A stretch of DNA of 64,000 nt, taken from assembly GCA_951406725.2 (NCBI GenBank), contig OX597818.1:140492001-140556000 (forward strand), in the 5' to 3' direction. The notes under the pieces were generated by a model. That model was not told where the DNA came from and did no database searches. It saw nothing but the letters and a program-made list of their open reading frames with translations. The DNA comes from Octopus vulgaris. Taxonomy: Eukaryota. Shown here piece by piece: positions 57,869 through 64,000 of this stretch (the stretch's first letter is position 1; the number at the start of each line of letters is the position of its first letter). The translations under genes were made by a program, and so were the position numbers.

Positions 57869-59055
57869 TTATATATATATATATATATGTAAAACCCAAA
57901 AGTCTCTTGGAGTGATTAACAGCTTGATTTTGGTGAAATGATATTGCTGTTTTTGTTGCCATTGGTGGTGGTGGTCGTGGTCGTCGTGACGATAGAGTTA
58001 TGTCCAAGGACAACAAAAATAATGTTATCAGAGACTCTGGCTGTGGCCATCCTATATTTACAGGAAAAGTGAATTTCAAAAACAATTTTAAAGACACTTC
58101 AGTGTAGTAGGGATAATTTTAACTTCTAGTTCTAAGAGATCTAAAGACGGAATATTCTTTCTTGTTGCTTCGGGAAGAGTGTATGTGAATCAGCAAAGTA
58201 GACACGAAATTGCATTTTACATGTATATTTCAGGAGACAAGGCTATAACAAATGCCTTTCATAATTGATCCAGGATTCCTATGTTCATCTTCAATCTAGA
58301 AAATTGTGGTGCCGGAAAATATTGGTAGGACTGATACAGAAACAATTTTTCTCTGGCACACTTCATGCAGTCAAATTCAAATAGATAGATAATGTGTGTG
58401 TGTGAGAGAGAGAGAGGGGGGGGGAGAGAGAATGAAATAGAGAGTGAGAGAACGAAAGAGAGAGATAGAGAAGGACAGACAGACACAGATCAACTGCTGG
58501 CATCTAATGGTAATATTTATAGTGACAGTTCGGATAAAAGGCAACGTTGTCCTCGGCAAGTTTTGAACCTGGATAGCTGGTACGAGAACACCAATAAATT
58601 ATATATCACCATCTGAAGACACCAGCGATTCTCCTCCTTTTATCCAATGAATAAATTCGAGTCGCTTCATTCCAATATTCGAGATCAAGAGTGCAGCTCA
58701 TTTTCCTTGCCTTAGTATCATTTTGTAAATGTTATCCAGATGCTAGCGTCTGAATCATATTAGTGACATTGATAACCATAATTTCATGCTATTTAAGTAC
58801 TACAAGATTTCGTTCATACCGCATATCCACACACTCACACACATGCACACACACTCACAAACACAAACAAACACACACATACGTGCATAGACACAAAGCA
58901 ATACACATAAATATAATAAAATTCTTTATTATATATATCGGGTTTCTTATTTGCATCAGTGGCATATACTACATTCTTTATCTTCATACAGAAAAAGCAC
59001 TATGTGTATGTGCGCATGAACGTGTGTATGTGGATGCGCGTGTGTCCATGTGTAA

Positions 59056-59119
<64 letters not shown>

Positions 59120-59263
59120 TTTTATGGGACTTTATACAATGTTAATTTCATACGTCTTATTGATGTATGTGTGCGAGTGTGAGTGTGAGTCACTGTGTGT
59201 ACATGTGTGTGAGTGTGCATGTGCGTGTGTATGTAGGTTGGGATATATGTATATACATATTTG

Positions 59264-59299
<36 letters not shown>

Positions 59300-59332
59300 C
59301 ATTTAGTTAAGTATATATATATATATATATAT

Positions 59333-59412
<80 letters not shown>

Positions 59413-59432
59413 ATTCAAGTGATTTGTTCCTC

Positions 59433-59623
59433 GTTAGGGCATATGACTGGTTAGAAAGTTACTGCCGGTTTTGCGCCGATTATTGCACCTAACCGTAATT
59501 GCACACTCTTCAGACATTCACTGCCTGAAGAGTGATCAGTTGTGCTTCGGTGCAAGGTTTAGCATGAATTCTCCGGTAGCATTCTGAAAAATAATATGTG
59601 ATGGCCAGTAATATATTGCTCGA
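59433..59623. repeat. Small imperfect inverted repeat with back-to-back hammerhead-like motifs
   Basis: ttgcacc...cactcttcag / ctgaagagtg...ggtgcaa; CTGAAGA on both strands separated by 11 bp. Confidence 0.6.
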
Positions 59624-60329
59624 CTATATATGTGTATATAAAGGCTCTGTTACTCACAGTCAGGGTTTTTTTTTTCAGACTTATAAATATATAAGTAATA
59701 TTCGTTTATTTTATTTTACATTAGACAACGGTCATACTGGAGCACGTCCTTGAAGAATTTTTAGTCGAATAAATGTCTACGGTAATTTAAAAAATAAAAA
59801 AAGATTGGTATTTATTTCCCTTGTTCACTTTGGCCGAACTCCTGTGTTACGGATAATGAAAGACTCCAAGACAATCTGTCAAACCATGATGGGGGACAAA
59901 CACAGATACGAAGATAAAGACACACGCTCACACAAACACTTGCACGCACGCATTTATATGTAAAATATATGAAAGAGAGATGCTAAAGGAATCAATGATA
60001 ATCTTAATCAGTTAATCCTTTGTCATCTCTCTTCTTACCGATCTACATTCAGCCAACACTTCGTTCTCAAACATACATATATTAAATTCTACACCGCGGG
60101 TTCTTCGTCTCACAATGCTTGGAGACATACAATTGTCAATTAAAAATTAAAATTGTTTTAAACTTAATATTATATTCTATTATATTTTTATGATAGTATA
60201 ATATAATATAATATAATATAATATAATAAATAATGAAGAAAAATTACATACAATTGCTTCGATTCTTATCCATAATAAAATTATAAAAATCCATTGTTTG
60301 TGGGTAAGAATCTCTTCAGTCTTATTTAT

Positions 60330-60367
<38 letters not shown>

Positions 60368-60635
60368 TGAATTGAAGAAATGGAGTTGAACGAAGATAGA
60401 ACAGAATTCCTTTTATTGCATGTGTGCGTGTATGTTTCAAAAGCCACAATTTTCCAAATTCTGATTAAATAAGGATACCATATTGCGGCTTTCTCTCTCA
60501 GGAAAAAAATAGGAATTCCGTTGGCAGAACAAAACAGAACAGAGGCGCAGCAAAGTAATTTGAACGAGGAGGCTCCATGGCTGAACTGATTATCAATGTA
60601 CGTTGAAATCGGGTGGTGGGTGCGTTGAAGATACT

Positions 60636-60705
<70 letters not shown>

Positions 60706-60753
60706 CGTGTATGTGTATGGATAGATGGTTATACGAATGTATTTAGTAAGTAT

Positions 60754-60798
<45 letters not shown>

Positions 60799-61009
60799 TA
60801 CGTGTGTGCGTGTATGTGTATGGATAAATGGATGGATGGTTATACGAATGTAATTATATATATATATACAGTCTCTCTCTCTCTCACACAACATATACAC
60901 ATATATATGATAAGACAGAATGGACTTAGCGGTGTAAGACCACACGAGGACGGAAAGTGTTGCTGAAGAGGTCACAGTAATAAACGAGTGAAGAACGAAT
61001 ATATAGTGC

Positions 61010-61050
<41 letters not shown>

Positions 61051-61187
61051 AATTGAGATAGGGGTTGTAAATGCAACCCTCCATGGGATAACATATATCC
61101 AATATACTGCTAGTGAAGTACCCAACAAAGTTAATACATAAATGTTAATGATTGCGATGCAATCAATTCATCTCCATTTTCTTATCT

Positions 61188-61223
<36 letters not shown>

Positions 61224-61810
61224 CATTTGGTCGGCTTTTATACAATGTGCATTTCATTCTTATTATTCGATATTTCTAGCTTAAGTTAAATTTGTCTGGA
61301 GAAAGTGGAGAATGGTACCGACTTGATGTCTTTTTTTCCGATATGCTAGAATGTATGCGTAACCTGCCCTAACTGATAAAGTTAAAACAATCATTATTCT
61401 TTGATTACTGTAGTCTGCTGTTAAGAAATACGTACGCCATAATATTGAGAATGTACCGCTTGAACCTCAAATAACCTGAGGTTGGTTCAGTTCACTTAAT
61501 GTTAACCTAGCAGTTTATTTTTTCTCCAGGTGCTTCCTGACAAATGTATTTGATTGGATGCTTACCTTGATGTCGATTTAGATTTTGCGGATGGTGCTTC
61601 TAATGGAGGAGCCATCACATTTATTGCAGACATTTCATACAACACGTAGACACTCGAGCATATGTCGATATTGCTAACAGGGTAGCTGACCAGTGCGTAA
61701 ACGCTGTTGCTGTCCTCAGATCTTCAAGGGGATTTCCATGCAGCTGAACTCCCAAAAAGGAATAAAGATAGATTCCATTCTATATCATCCTTTATTCAAA
61801 ATTTAAGGCC

Positions 61811-62239
61811 CTCTTCTTCTCCAAATCTTTCTTCTTCTTCTTCTTCTTCTCCTCCTCCTCCTCCTCCTCCTTCTTCTTCTCCTCCTCCTCCTCCTCCTTC
61901 TTCTTCTTCTTCTCCTCCTCCTCCTCCTTCTTCTTCTTCTTCTCTTCCTCCCTCTCCTCCTCCTTCTCCTCATCCTTCTCCTCATCCTTCTCCTCATCCT
62001 CCTTCTTCTTCTTCTTCTTCTCTTCCTCCTTCTTCTTCTTCTTCTTCTTCTCCTCCTCCTCCTCCTTCTTCTTCTTCTTCTTCTTCTCTTCCTCCTTCTC
62101 CTCCTCCTCCTCCTCCTCCTTCTCCTTCCTTCTCCTCATCCTTCTCCTCATCCTCCTCCTCCTCCTCCTTCTTCTTCTTCTTCTTCTTCTTCTTCTTCTT
62201 CTTCTTCTTCTTCTTCTTCTTCTTCTTCTTCTTCTTCTT
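61811..62239. repeat. Polypyrimidine (TCT/CCT)n trinucleotide tract
   Basis: About 430 bp, almost purely C/T on the plus strand. Confidence 0.95.
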
Positions 62240-62299
62240 GCCGCTGGTATCTCATCATCATCGTCATCATCATCATCATTCTTAGAATATCTGGAAGAG

Positions 62300-62470
62300 T
62301 CGTCTGGTGACATTTCTTCCGGATCATTTCTTTCCGAAGTGAAATTCCGCCGAGGTCAATTTTGCTTTTCATTCCATCGGAACTGATAAAATGAAATTCC
62401 AGTGGAACATCAGGTTTCATGGTATCGACAAACTCTCTCTCCTTAAAAACTTCAGCCTTTCTACCTAAAT
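62300..62470 (+). mobile_element. Degenerate SINE family D
   Basis: gaaattccgccgaggtcaattttgcttttcattcc. Confidence 0.6.
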
Positions 62471-62479
62471 CAGTAACCA

Positions 62480-62561
62480 GCATCATCGTCATCGTCATCG
62501 CCAACGTCATCATCACCTTTATCATCATCATTATCCTCATCGTCGTCGTCAGCTTCATCGA

Positions 62562-62597
<36 letters not shown>

Positions 62598-62761
62598 TGG
62601 TAGTAGTAGTAGGAGGAGGAGGAGTAACTGTAGTAGTAAATGTAGTAGTAGTAACTGTAGTAGTAGTAACTGTAGTAGTAGTAACTGTAGTAGTAGTAGT
62701 AGTAGTTGTTGTAGTAGTAGTAGTAACTGTAGTAGTAGTAGTAGTAGTAGTAGTAGTAACT

Positions 62762-62803
<42 letters not shown>

Positions 62804-62806
62804 ACT

Positions 62807-62859
<53 letters not shown>

Positions 62860-62880
62860 TGTTGTTGCTGTTGTTGTTGC
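62480..62880. repeat. Compound (CAT/CGT)n-(CAG)n-(TAG)n-(TTG)n trinucleotide microsatellite
   Basis: Directly visible; explains ORFs 62148-62924. Confidence 0.95.
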
Positions 62881-63807
62881 ACCTGAACAAAAAGAATATA
62901 AATGAGTCGTCGAACTCTGATCAAAAGAAAGTCTATGATCTACACACGGCCCTCAAGCTCCAGAAGGTCTGACGGACGAACTTCTTTGAAAATAATAGAT
63001 AAAACGTTCGGAAATTGTCGCTTAGGAAAGGCATGACATAGAATAAATATCGATTACCGGTATTGGAAGATTTCAACAGGGAATCCTGGAACCATTTGCA
63101 TCAAACGTATACTTGACAGATATTTTAGTTTATCGATCTCTTAAGACGGATGAAGAAAGTTGATCACATCGGGATTTGAACTCACAATATAAAACGATAG
63201 AATCACATAGCGCTGAGTATATCTTTCCTGAACGCTATCGGTTTTGCTTATCCACCGTGCACCCAGGCCCTGCAAAATGATTATTAGTTAGCTGTCTAAG
63301 ATAACAAACATCAGTCAGGAGAGTAAAACTTTATACCAAGCAGAAAAACCGATAATGTTATACTATCTATCTTCCAAGTTTAACAGATATGTAGTTATTT
63401 AAGAGTACTGTGATAGTGTAATGCACATATATAGACATCTTGCGGAGGCTGTACGTAGATTTCAGGGTGAGAACATTTCAAGGTTAAGTGAAAATCAGAG
63501 AAACAAGAAACGAGTTTCTAAAAAGAATTGTTACAGATCGAGTTTCAACTACCCGAGTGAGTTAAACATCTAAGCCTCCTACACATGTTACTTACTTTGT
63601 AACATATGTAAAATATATGTATATGAGGGTACACATATTAATACATAATAAAAGTAATGTATATTTAAGGAGAGGTGATTGACAATAAGTTTAATCGCAT
63701 AATGATGTGTGAATAAATGCATACATACATGTATCTATATACGTGTGTGCGTGTGCGTATGTACGTGTGTCTATAAACACATCTTCGTATGCTTACATAT
63801 TTTCACG

Positions 63808-63859
<52 letters not shown>

Positions 63860-63903
63860 TATATATATATACAGAGAGAGAGAAAGAGAAAGAGCGAGAG
63901 TGC

Positions 63904-63951
<48 letters not shown>

Positions 63952-64000
63952 ATGTGTGTATATATATATGTGTGTGTATATGTATATTTAATATGTATAT

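Noticed and set aside
61515-61690. Strong-looking splice acceptor ttttttctccag|G
   Set aside because: All three frames hit a stop within about 55 nt and there is no clear donor; unsupported as a coding exon.

Overview
AT-rich, gene-poor animal genomic DNA, intronic or intergenic. The SINE families and dense (TA)n/(CA)n/(AAT)n microsatellites suggest an octopus or other coleoid cephalopod (inference from recalled repeat families, not a database hit). I found no confident host protein-coding gene; nearly all ORF-track entries are translated microsatellites. The window is a mosaic of transposon remnants: a Tx1/L1-type LINE RT fragment, RTE and CR1-like LINE fragments, non-autonomous Helitrons, a rearranged mariner, at least four tRNA-derived SINE families, and several Penelope-like element (PLE) GIY-YIG remnants. 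The standout is a near-perfect 3.75 kb palindrome (8128-11876) made of two head-to-head 5'-truncated PLE copies, each ending in an outward-facing minimal hammerhead ribozyme motif. The same layout recurs as two smaller, older, non-coding fold-backs (14751-15255 and about 59433-59623), and other decayed hammerhead cassettes are scattered through the window. Together they suggest a family of palindromic, ribozyme-bearing PLE derivatives.
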